Of a stretch of 28,861 bases of DNA, positions 1-8,180 are shown piece after piece. Made by a program: the position numbers and the translations under genes. Under the pieces are notes generated by a model. It had not been told where the DNA came from. It did not search any database and saw only the letters and a list, made by a program, of their open reading frames with translations. The DNA lies in NCBI GenBank assembly GCA_046075565.1, contig JBJTQJ010000041.1, forward strand, positions 1 through 28,861. The letters run 5' to 3'. The first letter of the stretch is position 1. Every line of letters starts with the position of its first letter. Source of the stretch: Verrucomicrobiales bacterium. Lineage in GTDB: Bacteria > Verrucomicrobiota > Verrucomicrobiia > Verrucomicrobiales > SLCJ01.

Positions 1-771
1 CAACGCGGCCTGCGCGTCCCCCGGATCTTGGCTGAAGATGCCGATGCCCGATTGCTTTGGATGGAAGACCTCGGCGACCACACACTCGAAGCTTGTTTCG
101 CGCGGTCACCGGACGAACGCATGTCGGCCGCCCGCGCGGCCATCGAAGAAGTGGCGCGGTTGCATGCGCTGGCCTTCGACGCGCCATTGCAGACGCTCGC
201 CCAAGCTCCATTCGATGAAGCCCTCTACCGCTGGGAACAGGATTATTTCCTCGAACATCTCGGCGGCACCCATCTTGGACTGCCAAAAGAAACCCTCAAT
301 GATTGCCGGGAGCATCCGGCGATGAGGGAACTCACATCCGGACTCGCCGCCCTTCCCCGCGTCCCGCTGCATCGCGATTTCCAATCGCAGAACATCCTCA
401 TCCAACCGGATGGCCGCGCCGCGCTCATCGACTTCCAAGGATTGCGCGCCGGCCTGGGTGAATACGATCTCGCCTCCCTTTTCCTCGACCCTTATGGCGG
501 GTTGCCGGCGGATGAAGCCGATTTGTTGTTCGACCATTACCATGCCACACGCGGAACCGACGCAGCAGCCTCGCGACCGATTTATCAGGCTTGTGCCATC
601 CAGCGCCTGATGCAAGCCCTCGGGGCCTATGGCAATCTCGGGCATCGTCTCGGCAAACCGCGTTACCTCCAGTTCATTCCCATCGCCCTCGACCGCTTGC
701 GGGGTGTCCTCCGCGACCACGCCGTCGAAGAGGCCTTGAGGCCGGTTCTGGAAGCGGCGGAGGGAAGTTGA
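1..771 (+). CDS. Aminoglycoside phosphotransferase-family kinase, AmgK-like (5'-truncated by window edge)
   Basis: Frame open from base 1 (QRGLRVPRILAEDADARLLWMEDLGD). APH motifs MEDLG, HRDFQSQN and IDFQ, plus YDLASL and C-terminal QRLMQALGAYG...KPRYLQFIP typical of AmgK-like proteins. Confidence 0.85.
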   Translation, partial: QRGLRVPRILAEDADARLLWMEDLGDHTLEACFARSPDERMSAARAAIEEVARLHALAFDAPLQTLAQAPFDEALYRWEQDYFLEHLGGTHLGLPKETLNDCREHPAMRELTSGLAALPRVPLHRDFQSQNILIQPDGRAALIDFQGLRAGLGEYDLASLFLDPYGGLPADEADLLFDHYHATRGTDAAASRPIYQACAIQRLMQALGAYGNLGHRLGKPRYLQFIPIALDRLRGVLRDHAVEEALRPVLEAAEGS

Positions 772-787
772 GACGCGCGGGGCACCA

Positions 788-853
788 CCGGGTGCTGACT
801 CCATTCGAAACGAAGCGATGTTTGACGTCGTTGCTTGGAAATCAGCGTCCCGG
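788..853 (+). other. Long imperfect intergenic hairpin (candidate structured RNA or terminator)
   Basis: CCGGG/CCCGG, TGCTGA/TCAGCG, TCCA/TGGA and AGCGATG/CGTCGTT helices pair by eye, with several G-U pairs on the + strand. Confidence 0.3.
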
Positions 854-892
854 CCCACCGGTGGATCTACCGACGAATCCCGTGATTTCGGT

Positions 893-920
893 GTAATGCC
901 GGACCATTTCGACGCGTTTT
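893..920 (+). promoter_or_regulatory. Candidate ECF-sigma-type promoter (GTAAT-N17-CGTTTT), 6 nt before the ATG at 927
   Basis: GTAAT at 893-897 and CGTTTT at 915-920 resemble ECF -35/-10 boxes. No Shine-Dalgarno sequence before the ATG. Confidence 0.3.
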
Positions 921-926
921 GATCCC

Positions 927-3869
927 ATGTTTTCGCCACCCCCTTCCCCTGCCTTGCTCCGCCTGCTTGGCTTGACGCTCTGCCTTGGCCTATCCGCCGG
1001 ACCGGTCGGGGCCCAACTGCCCCTGCAGAAGGGAGACACCGTCGGCATCGTCGGCAATGCCCTGGCCGATCGCATGCAGCACGACGGATGGGTCGAAACC
1101 CTATTGCAGAAACAACTGGCCGGACAAGACATCGCCTTCCGCAACCTCGCGGTTTCCGGAGACACGGTGACGTCACGCCCCCGCAGCAAGGGTGTCCCTT
1201 CGCCCGAGGATTGCCTCGGGCACATCAAGGCGGATGTGGTTTTCGCCTTCTTCGGTTACAACGAGGCATTCGGTGGCGCGGCAAAACTTGAATCATTCAA
1301 GAAGGAGCTCGCTGACATGGTCGATCGCTACAAGACCGCGAAGTTCAACGGCGAGTCGGAAACCCGCGTCGTCCTCTTCTCTCCGATTGCCCAGGAAGAT
1401 CTCGGCACTCCCTATCTGCCCGACGGCAAGGCACACAATCTGAATCTCGAGCTTTATACCAATGCGATAAAGGAGGTAGCCGGTGCGAAGGGTGTTGCGT
1501 TCGTGGACTTGTTCACTCCCAGCAAGTCGCTCTACGAATCCACCGCGACACCGCTCACCCTCAACAGCGTGCACCTCCTGCCCGAAGGCGATCGTCGACT
1601 CGCCGAAGTGATCGTCACCGCGGTGACCGGAGCGAAACTCGCCGCCGAACCCGCTCTGGAACCCCTGCGTCAAGCGGTGCTCGACAAGTCGTGGCACTGG
1701 CACAACCGCTACCGGGCCATGGACGAGAACGACATCTGGGGCAGCCGCTCCGGTTTGAGATTCGTCAATGGCCAGTCCAATCGCGATGTGCTCGAGCACG
1801 AACTTTCGATGCTCGATGTCATGACCGCCAACCGGGATCTGAAGATCTGGGCGGTCTCTCAGGGCAAAACCCACACGGTCGATGATTCCAACGTCCCCAA
1901 AGCGGTTGAAGTCATCTCGAACATTGCTGTTCCGAACAAAAAACAAGAAAAGAAGGTCGGGTCGCCAGAATACCTGAGCGCCGAAGAAAGTCTTGCCAAG
2001 ATGCATGTGCCGAATGGTTTCCATGTCGGTGTGTTTGCCGATGAATCCCGTTTCCCCGGCTTGGCCAATCCGGTCCAGCTCCAAACCGACACCAAAGGCC
2101 GCCTCTGGGCCGCCTGTTGGAGCACCTATCCGAAATGGGAACCACTCAAGGAAATGACCGACAGCCTGCTCATCTTCCCGGATGAGAACCGCGACGGTGT
2201 GGCCGACAAGGCGATCGAGTTCGCCAAAGTGCACAACCCGCTCGGGTTCGCATTCTGGGATGGCGGCGTGATTGTCACCTGCCAACCCGACATCCTTTTC
2301 CTCAAAGACACCGACGGTGACGACAAAGCCGACGTGCGGATCGTACTCTTCCAAGCAACTGGCTCGGCCGATACGCACCACGCGGCGAACAATTTCACGG
2401 TCGGCCCCGACGGTGGCCTCTACTGGCAGAGTGGCATCTTCCTCCAGCACAATTACGAGCACCCGTGGGGACCCTCGCTCAACTCCACCGCCTCCGGCTT
2501 GTATCGCTTCGATCTTCGCCGACACGCGTTCTCGTTCATCGCCGCCAACGGTCCGAACCCGCACGGCACGAGCTTCGACCGCTGGGGTTATCTATTTGCC
2601 ACCGATGGCACGAGCAGCAAGGCGTTCCAGGTGCGTCCCAGCGGCGACTCATTCAAGATGTTCCCTTTGCTGCGCCACCAGTCACGCCCGGCTCCCGCCA
2701 ATGCCATCATCTCAAGCGCCAACTTCCCCGATGACATGCAGCAGGATTTCCTGATCTGCAACGTCATCGGATATCTCGGCATCTATCGCTACGATCTCCA
2801 GCGCGACGGATACCAAGATGGAAATACCACGTTCAAGCAGGGCGAAGTCTGGGGAACCCCGACCGAAAACTTCCTGTTCAGTGATGACCGCAACTTCCGC
2901 CCGAGCGACGCCGAAGTGGGCTCCGATGGCGCGCTTTACATCGCCGACTGGCACAACGCGATCATCGGCCACATGCAACACAATATCCGGGACCCCAACC
3001 GCGACAAAAAACACGGGCGGATCCTCCGCATGACCTACAAGGACCGCCCGCTGCAGGAACCGGTGGCCATCGACGGCCAACCGATCGCCGCCCTGCTGGA
3101 AAACCTGAAACATCCGATCGACGGCGTGCGCGAACGCACCCGGGTCGAACTGAGCGAGAATGACCCCGTGAAAGTCGTGGCCGCCGTGAAGGAATGGATC
3201 AAACAATTCGATCCGAACAAGAAGGAACACGCCCACCCACTCTTGGAAGCGCTCTGGCTTTTCCAACAGAACGATGTGCGCGATCGAGCTCTGCTTGATG
3301 TCCTGCTGGCATCGCCGGAAGCTCACGCGCGCACGGCAGCGGCCACGGTGCAGCATTTCTGGGGTGCTGCCGACCCGACCAAAGGCCGCGAACCGATTGT
3401 CATTGCCGACGTGGAGGAAAAGATCCATATCGAGGCGCCCGCCCATCTCACCGGCCCGGCGGTGGCGGCCTACAAATTCGGCGGAGAAGTCTATCACCGC
3501 GAGGCCCATTGCGCGACCTGCCATCAACCGGATGGCAAAGGCTTGGATCCGGCGTTTCCCCCGCTGGTCGGCACCGCATGGGTTCTCGGCAGCGAGGATC
3601 GCATAATCAAAATCGCCCTGCACGGAATCTGGGGCAGAATGGACGTGAACGGCAAAGTCTATGATCCGGCCAATGGTGTGGCTCCGATGACGCCGTTCGG
3701 CTCGATCCTCAACGACGACGAAATGGCCGCGGTGTTGACCTACGTGCGCAACTCGTGGGGCAACAAGGCCGCTCCGGTCTTACCCGCAACGGTAAAGAGG
3801 GTCCGTGAGGCCACGAAGGACCGCTCGACCTTCTGGAAACCCGAGGAGATTCTCAAAGAACATCCGTGA
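927..3869 (+). CDS. PVC-type secreted multidomain heme protein: SGNH/GDSL-like domain, putative membrane-bound dehydrogenase beta-propeller, helical repeat, C-terminal cytochrome c
   Basis: Signal peptide (ending ..PVGA|Q). SGNH-like blocks (IVGNALADRM, FFGYNE, NSVHL). Propeller motifs (NPVQLQTDTKGRLW, DTDGDDKAD, DTHHAAN, FRPSD..GSDGALYIADW, GRI). CATCH heme site followed by FPPL and a Met ligand (MTPFG). Confidence 0.85.
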   Translation: MFSPPPSPALLRLLGLTLCLGLSAGPVGAQLPLQKGDTVGIVGNALADRMQHDGWVETLLQKQLAGQDIAFRNLAVSGDTVTSRPRSKGVPSPEDCLGHIKADVVFAFFGYNEAFGGAAKLESFKKELADMVDRYKTAKFNGESETRVVLFSPIAQEDLGTPYLPDGKAHNLNLELYTNAIKEVAGAKGVAFVDLFTPSKSLYESTATPLTLNSVHLLPEGDRRLAEVIVTAVTGAKLAAEPALEPLRQAVLDKSWHWHNRYRAMDENDIWGSRSGLRFVNGQSNRDVLEHELSMLDVMTANRDLKIWAVSQGKTHTVDDSNVPKAVEVISNIAVPNKKQEKKVGSPEYLSAEESLAKMHVPNGFHVGVFADESRFPGLANPVQLQTDTKGRLWAACWSTYPKWEPLKEMTDSLLIFPDENRDGVADKAIEFAKVHNPLGFAFWDGGVIVTCQPDILFLKDTDGDDKADVRIVLFQATGSADTHHAANNFTVGPDGGLYWQSGIFLQHNYEHPWGPSLNSTASGLYRFDLRRHAFSFIAANGPNPHGTSFDRWGYLFATDGTSSKAFQVRPSGDSFKMFPLLRHQSRPAPANAIISSANFPDDMQQDFLICNVIGYLGIYRYDLQRDGYQDGNTTFKQGEVWGTPTENFLFSDDRNFRPSDAEVGSDGALYIADWHNAIIGHMQHNIRDPNRDKKHGRILRMTYKDRPLQEPVAIDGQPIAALLENLKHPIDGVRERTRVELSENDPVKVVAAVKEWIKQFDPNKKEHAHPLLEALWLFQQNDVRDRALLDVLLASPEAHARTAAATVQHFWGAADPTKGREPIVIADVEEKIHIEAPAHLTGPAVAAYKFGGEVYHREAHCATCHQPDGKGLDPAFPPLVGTAWVLGSEDRIIKIALHGIWGRMDVNGKVYDPANGVAPMTPFGSILNDDEMAAVLTYVRNSWGNKAAPVLPATVKRVREATKDRSTFWKPEEILKEHP

Positions 3870-3898
3870 AGCACGCCGTATCCTGCCTGCCATGGAAC

Positions 3899-3976
3899 CT
3901 GGGAACGCCGACAGCCTGCCCGCCGAAGCCTCCGGCGAAGGCTGGGACCTCGTCGGCAGGTCTGAATCGTAGCGCG
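3899..3976 (+). repeat. Structured intergenic repeat, module A, copy 1
   Basis: 78 bp with 3 mismatches to 4111-4188. Positions 3902-3976 have 1 mismatch to the reverse complement of 8702-8776. Confidence 0.95.
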
Positions 3977-3990
3977 CGGAGGTAAGAAGA

Positions 3991-4061
3991 AGACACAAGA
4001 TCGCTTCGCTCAAAGACAGAAGACACAAGACTTGAAACTGCACTGCGGGAGTAGCGGAACG
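3991..4061 (+). repeat. Repeat module B (AAGACAC-type heptamers around CGCTTCGCTC, ending GTAGCGGAACG), copy 1
   Basis: agacacaagatcgcttcgctcaaagacagaagacacaagacttgaa...gtagcggaacg aligns with the reverse complement of 8771-8834. Confidence 0.8.
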
Positions 4062-4074
4062 TCTTCTCGTTCCG
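4051..4074 (+). repeat. GTAG-type REP hairpin
   Basis: GTAG + CGGAACG-tcttct-CGTTCCG, a perfect 7-bp stem. Confidence 0.7.
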
Positions 4075-4110
4075 GGGGAGGGAACTTCGCGGCTCAAGAA
4101 GCATCGGTCG

Positions 4111-4192
4111 CTGGGAACGCCGGCAGCCTGCCCGCCGAAGCCTCCGGTGAAGGCTGGGTCCTCGTCGGCAGGTCTGAATCGTAGCGCGAAGC
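4111..4192 (+). repeat. Structured intergenic repeat, module A, copy 2
   Basis: Direct repeat of 3899-3976. Shares the terminal AAGC with copy 3 and is followed by a T run. Confidence 0.95.
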
Positions 4193-4356
4193 CTTTTTTT
4201 CGTCTCCTTCTTCAGCGGAGAGACATCGCATCTACAGCGAGATACAACGCCGCCCTTAAAGTTCAAATTGCTTTCAGGGTGGACGAAAGCACAATTGAGA
4301 GGCGCTTGCCTTGCGGGAGAAATTCATCCGCTCGGCCGATTGCCCCGATTTCATTC

Positions 4357-5112
4357 ATGTCCGGAATTCTACATTCTCGAAATCGCTATGACACCGCCCC
4401 TCCAGGCGCGGGGCCTTTCCGTCTGGCCTTGACGGTTTTCCTTGAGCCTTATGCATGGAAAATCGTGGTCATTGGATTTCTCGGAGCGGCCATGGTCATG
4501 GCGCTGCTCGGTGGACTCGTTTGGTGGGTGGTGACCGGGAGCGGTTGGGTGGACTTCGGATGGATCCTGCGTTATGACTGGTCGCGCTGGTTGTTCAGCG
4601 GACTCGGAGCCGTGGTCTATTTGGTGACGATTTGGTTTTTGTTTCCGATAGTCTTCACCGCGGTGGCCGGGATATTCTTGGAAGACCTGGCGGATCGCAT
4701 TGAACGTCGTCACTACCCCGAACTACCATTGCCGCGTAAGTTTCCGCTTTCCGAGCAGATCCGCGCTTCGATCCGAGGCTTGCTCCGGGGATTATTCTGG
4801 AATGCGCTGGCTCTGCCGCTTTACTTCATCCCTGTGCTCAATGTGCTGGCCTACACGGCGGTAAACTCGCGTTTGCTATCGCGGGAATACTTCCAGGTGG
4901 TCGCTCTGCGTCATTTTCCGGTCGGGGTGACCCGCGATTGTTTCCGCAACCATCGTGCCCGGCTCTGGCGGCAGGGTCTGGCTCTGGTGGTGCTTTTTGT
5001 CATCCCGGTGGTGCAGTTGGTCGCGCCCTTGCTGGCGACGGCATTAACCGTCCACCGCTTGTGGCAAAGGGAAGATGCCATCTTGCGCAGGGAACTGGCC
5101 AGACTGCCCTAA
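4357..5112 (+). CDS. EI24-domain / CysZ-like membrane protein
   Basis: Multiple TM helices with FLEDLADRIERRHYP, PLYFIPVLN, LLSREYF..VALRH and IPVVQLVAPLLA motifs. Start placed at ATG 4357 because the longer ORF runs through repeat A2. Confidence 0.8.
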   Translation: MSGILHSRNRYDTAPPGAGPFRLALTVFLEPYAWKIVVIGFLGAAMVMALLGGLVWWVVTGSGWVDFGWILRYDWSRWLFSGLGAVVYLVTIWFLFPIVFTAVAGIFLEDLADRIERRHYPELPLPRKFPLSEQIRASIRGLLRGLFWNALALPLYFIPVLNVLAYTAVNSRLLSREYFQVVALRHFPVGVTRDCFRNHRARLWRQGLALVVLFVIPVVQLVAPLLATALTVHRLWQREDAILRRELARLP

Positions 5113-5210
5113 TCTCAAGGGACGAGCCAATGGGATACTTGCGTTTTGCCCAAATCCGGGCACAATAATGGCGTCAACACTCTCCCGAGTGAGTTCCTTC
5201 ATCAGCAACT

Positions 5211-5282
5211 GTCCCCGTAGTTCAACGGATAGAACGGAGGTTTCCTAAACCTTAAATCTGGGTTCGATTCCCGGCGGGGACG
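5211..5282 (+). tRNA. tRNA-Arg (anticodon CCT, reads AGG); CCA not encoded
   Basis: Acceptor stem GTCCCCG/CGGGGAC, D arm GTTC..GAAC, anticodon stem GAGGT/ACCTT with loop TT-CCT-AA (CCT at 5244-5246), and T arm CTGGG-TTCGATT-CCCGG. Confidence 0.95.
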
Positions 5283-5456
5283 CTCTGAAATGCTAAGAAG
5301 AATTCGGGGCGAAGCAGAAGACCAGAGTATTCGAAGCTCAGGAAGTCCAAATGAAGGCGAAAATGCCGGGCGTGCGGCAGAGACGGAACGAAGCGTGGGC
5401 AGGTTTGTCGGCTCCGATGTGTTCCGAGACAAAATGCTCTTTATTGCCAGGCATCG

Positions 5457-5696
5457 TCATTTCTTTACACGAACCGATCGGTAGAGCCGGCGAATGAAAA
5501 CCCACAGAACGCCGCTGATGAAAATCAATCCACCAATCGACATCACCGTCTTGGCGGACTCAATCTGGCCACGCTGAACAGCCAGCAACTCTGGCGTCGG
5601 GTCTGGGTAGGGCATGGATGCCCCGCTGTAACGACCAAAGGCCAACAGAGATACGAACAGGCCAAGCAGCCAGATCAAATGTGGGACAAATCTCAT
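5457..5696 (-). CDS. Small two-TM hypothetical membrane protein (79 aa)
   Basis: Two hydrophobic segments flank an MPYPDPTPELL loop, followed by a basic C-terminus. Co-oriented with the 131-aa ORF. Confidence 0.65.
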   Translation of the reverse strand: MRFVPHLIWLLGLFVSLLAFGRYSGASMPYPDPTPELLAVQRGQIESAKTVMSIGGLIFISGVLWVFIRRLYRSVRVKK

Positions 5697-5739
5697 GGGT
5701 TGTGGTGGCGCCTACGACTGAAATTGATCAACGCACCTG

Positions 5740-6135
5740 TTAGGGCGTGTTCGTTCTAGCATTCTGTTGTTCGATGCTTTTCTTGATATTGTCATTGATG
5801 AAATCCGGCTTCTGACCTTCGATAAAGGCCAATTCAAGCCATTTGCTTTCCGAGATCGCCTTCAAGAGTGGAAGGTAGTCTTGCAATGGAACTTCATGAA
5901 CGACGATACCGACAGCTACAGAGCTACCCCAGCCTTGGGCATCTCGTAAAATGCCGGCCGCCTCATCCACACCGATGTCCTTCTTCTTCTCTTTAGCAAC
6001 ATCCGAAGCGATGGACACGTGGACCTTGGAATTGGCGTCACGGGTCACGAGCACGCCGATAACGCGGAGTTCCGCTTGGGCGGCGGAAGCCCAAAGAAAA
6101 ATCAGGCTGAGAATTAGTGGCATTTTCATATTCAT
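5740..6135 (-). CDS. Hypothetical secreted protein (131 aa)
   Basis: Clear Sec signal peptide (MKMPLILSLIFLWASAAQA|E) and globular composition, in an AT-richer region. Confidence 0.7.
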   Translation of the reverse strand: MNMKMPLILSLIFLWASAAQAELRVIGVLVTRDANSKVHVSIASDVAKEKKKDIGVDEAAGILRDAQGWGSSVAVGIVVHEVPLQDYLPLLKAISESKWLELAFIEGQKPDFINDNIKKSIEQQNARTNTP

Positions 6136-6361
6136 GGATCTCTAATGTGATGGGACACGGATGAGTGCGGTTTCTTGGAATTTTGGGCAGAACGCCGTTC
6201 TTCAACACCTTCTTGCGCGATTCGCTGGCAGCCCACGATCGGTCGTCTAATTGAGCAAGAGGCACCCCGGCACTGCATGCCCGTAGCCACCCTCGGTTGG
6301 CCGCATCCTGTCATTTTCCCAACGACCCGGCAACAAAATTCCACCAAGGGTCGGCGGCATG

Positions 6362-6395
6362 AAAAAAGCCGCTCCGGTGAGGGAGCGACTTTTTT
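6362..6395. terminator. Rho-independent terminator of rplM-rpsI (bidirectional-type)
   Basis: AAAAAAG-CCGCTCC-ggtgag-GGAGCGA-CTTTTTT, just downstream of the rpsI stop. Confidence 0.85.
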
Positions 6396-6417
6396 GTAAA
6401 GAGTCTTCCGACAAGCT

Positions 6418-6810
6418 TCAGCGTTTGGAGAACTGGAAGCGCTTGCGGGCACCCGGACGACCGGACTTTTTCCGTTCCTTCATCCGCGGGTCGCGGGTAA
6501 GGAATCCGGCGGCTTTGAGCTTCGGACGCATTTCCTTGTCGAGCACGCAGAGGGCGCGGGAAATTCCGAGGCGGGCGGCTCCGACCTGGCCATTCGGTCC
6601 ACCACCATGGGTGTTGATGGTCACGTCGAAACGCTTCGAGGTATCGGTGAGTTGCAGCGGGGCCAGAACGACGTTCTGCAGGTCGAGGGACGGGAAGTAG
6701 TCCTCTAAGGCGCGGTCGTTGACCACGATGGTCCCGGTGCCGGGTTGGAGAATCACGCGGGCGACGGCGGTTTTGCGGCGTCCTGTGGCGAAGATGGCGT
6801 CAGTGCTCAT
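6418..6810 (-). CDS. rpsI: 30S ribosomal protein S9
   Basis: ATGRRKTAVARV, GGGPNGQVGA.RLGISRAL and LTRDPRMKERKK...ARKRFQFSKR. Confidence 0.99.
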   Translation of the reverse strand: MSTDAIFATGRRKTAVARVILQPGTGTIVVNDRALEDYFPSLDLQNVVLAPLQLTDTSKRFDVTINTHGGGPNGQVGAARLGISRALCVLDKEMRPKLKAAGFLTRDPRMKERKKSGRPGARKRFQFSKR

Positions 6811-6830
6811 GGGATAGGGTGAAAGGAGAA

Positions 6831-7259
6831 TTAGACGGCCACGGCCACGGGTTTCTGCGCTTCATGCGGGTGGCTGGCACCGGCATAGACATTCAATTTG
6901 CTGTAGATCTGGCGACCGAGGCGGTTGTGGGGAATCATGCCTTTGACCGCGTGTTCGATGAGAATTTCCGGTTTGCGGGCGCGGATCTTGGCAGGGTTCT
7001 CGACTTTCTTGCCGCCGATGTAACCGGAGACGGAGACGTAGAGTTTGTCGGTTTCCTTGCGTCCGGTGAGCACGACCTCCTTGGCATTGATTACGATGAC
7101 AAAATCACCGGTGTCGACATTCGGAGTGAAGGTGGGCTTGTTCTTCCCGCGCAGGAGATTGGCAGCGGCTACGGCGACATCGCCAAGGACTTTGCCTTTG
7201 GCATCGATGACATACCACCGACGCTCCACTTCCTGGGCTTTGGCGGAAAACGTTTTCAT
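6831..7259 (-). CDS. rplM: 50S ribosomal protein L13
   Basis: MKTFSAK..WYVIDA, LRGKNKPTFTPNVDTGDFVIVINA, AVKGMIP and HPHEAQKP. Start at ATG 7259. Confidence 0.99.
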   Translation of the reverse strand: MKTFSAKAQEVERRWYVIDAKGKVLGDVAVAAANLLRGKNKPTFTPNVDTGDFVIVINAKEVVLTGRKETDKLYVSVSGYIGGKKVENPAKIRARKPEILIEHAVKGMIPHNRLGRQIYSKLNVYAGASHPHEAQKPVAVAV

Positions 7260-7332
7260 AAGGTTCTGAGCTGGATAAACGGGGTGAGTGGCGCGACCGG
7301 GGTGCCCGAAGGGCTGGTGCGGCGGGAAGGAG

Positions 7333-7360
7333 ACTTTATGCAGTTCCGCGTTCCTGTCAA
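7333..7360 (-). promoter_or_regulatory. Sigma70-type promoter of rplM-rpsI
   Basis: TTGACA-N16-TAAAGT on the minus strand. The ~65-nt leader contains a GCCC-UUC-GGGC (cUUCGg) hairpin. Confidence 0.7.
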
Positions 7361-7391
7361 AAAGGTTTTGCAACGAATCCGGCCCGGATTT

Positions 7392-8162
7392 TCAGGAGGG
7401 AGGGTGGTCCGAGGCCGGCCAGGGGGCGGACGGGTTGGTCAGCGGCGGGGGCTCCAGTTCAATTGGATCGCCCTCCGAGGGGGTGTGGGGCCCGTAAACC
7501 AAGGGAATCAGGCTCAGGCAGAGCCGCTGGCCGGGCAGGGGGCTGGCCTGCACCACAGCGGCGAAGGCCCGGCTGGCCTCGATGACCAATTTGTCCCCCT
7601 CTTGGAACAAACCGGGTCGCAGTTCTGGCCCCGGCATAAGGTATTCAATTTCCAAGTCCTCCGATTCAACCGACGCCGCGCGCACGGCGACTCCTTGCGG
7701 CATGAAGCTTCCTTCGTGCAGCGGCACCACCGAAACGACTTTGAAGGTGCCGGAGACGTAGTCAACGGCATCGGCCCGACGGTAATTGTTCAGGTATTCG
7801 CGGATGAGCCGTGAGTTCAAGGCCTCCAGTTCAGCGGGCGAAAGCCCGAGGAAACGGCGGTATTTCGCGTAGGCATCGCGGGCCGGGAGGGCCTTTCCGG
7901 CGGGCACGGCGTAAATGTCGAATCGTTTGGGCGGTTCGAGACGATTGAGCTTCCGCAGGATGGCATGCGGAATCGGCTCCTCGGGATGCTGGAAGACATA
8001 GAGGGAAAAGACCCATGATGCCACCGCCAGCACGAGCATGAGGCTGAGGGTGATGGACCAAGCCAGTGGATACGACGCCCTGGGTTTTTGCGGCGCTTCC
8101 AAGGCCCGCGCCAGCCGGAGCGGCGGGGTTTCGGAACGAAGAAATTTGCCGGTGAAGCCCAT
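7392..8162 (-). CDS. Hypothetical single-TM membrane-anchored protein
   Basis: Long ORF directly behind iscA, with one N-terminal TM helix (WSITLSLMLVLAVASWVFSLYVF). ATG at 8162; alternative TTG at 8180. Confidence 0.75.
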   Translation of the reverse strand: MGFTGKFLRSETPPLRLARALEAPQKPRASYPLAWSITLSLMLVLAVASWVFSLYVFQHPEEPIPHAILRKLNRLEPPKRFDIYAVPAGKALPARDAYAKYRRFLGLSPAELEALNSRLIREYLNNYRRADAVDYVSGTFKVVSVVPLHEGSFMPQGVAVRAASVESEDLEIEYLMPGPELRPGLFQEGDKLVIEASRAFAAVVQASPLPGQRLCLSLIPLVYGPHTPSEGDPIELEPPPLTNPSAPWPASDHPPS

Positions 8163-8180
8163 GAGCGGGGTGAAAACCAA

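Noticed and set aside
1..771. Aminoglycoside resistance gene
   Set aside because: The motifs fit the housekeeping AmgK-like branch of the APH fold, and there is no mobile context.
3899..4192. CRISPR array
   Set aside because: Only two local copies of a 78-bp unit with a 134-bp gap. Repeat and spacer sizes do not fit, and there are no cas genes.
3780..4356. ORFs 3780-4097, 3853-4266, 8588-8815 and the N-terminal extension of 4147-5112, some of which share peptides such as TIQTCRRGPSL
   Set aside because: The shared peptides are translations of the non-coding repeat module A.
6140..6265. Possible tyrosine-integrase fragment (PKIPRN, NAL after a frameshift) upstream of the islet genes
   Set aside because: Needs an assumed indel and lacks the following RHS catalytic motif; too short to support.
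5283..6360. Intact prophage or genomic island at tRNA-Arg
   Set aside because: No integrase, no duplicated tRNA 3' end (att) found by eye, and only about 1 kb.
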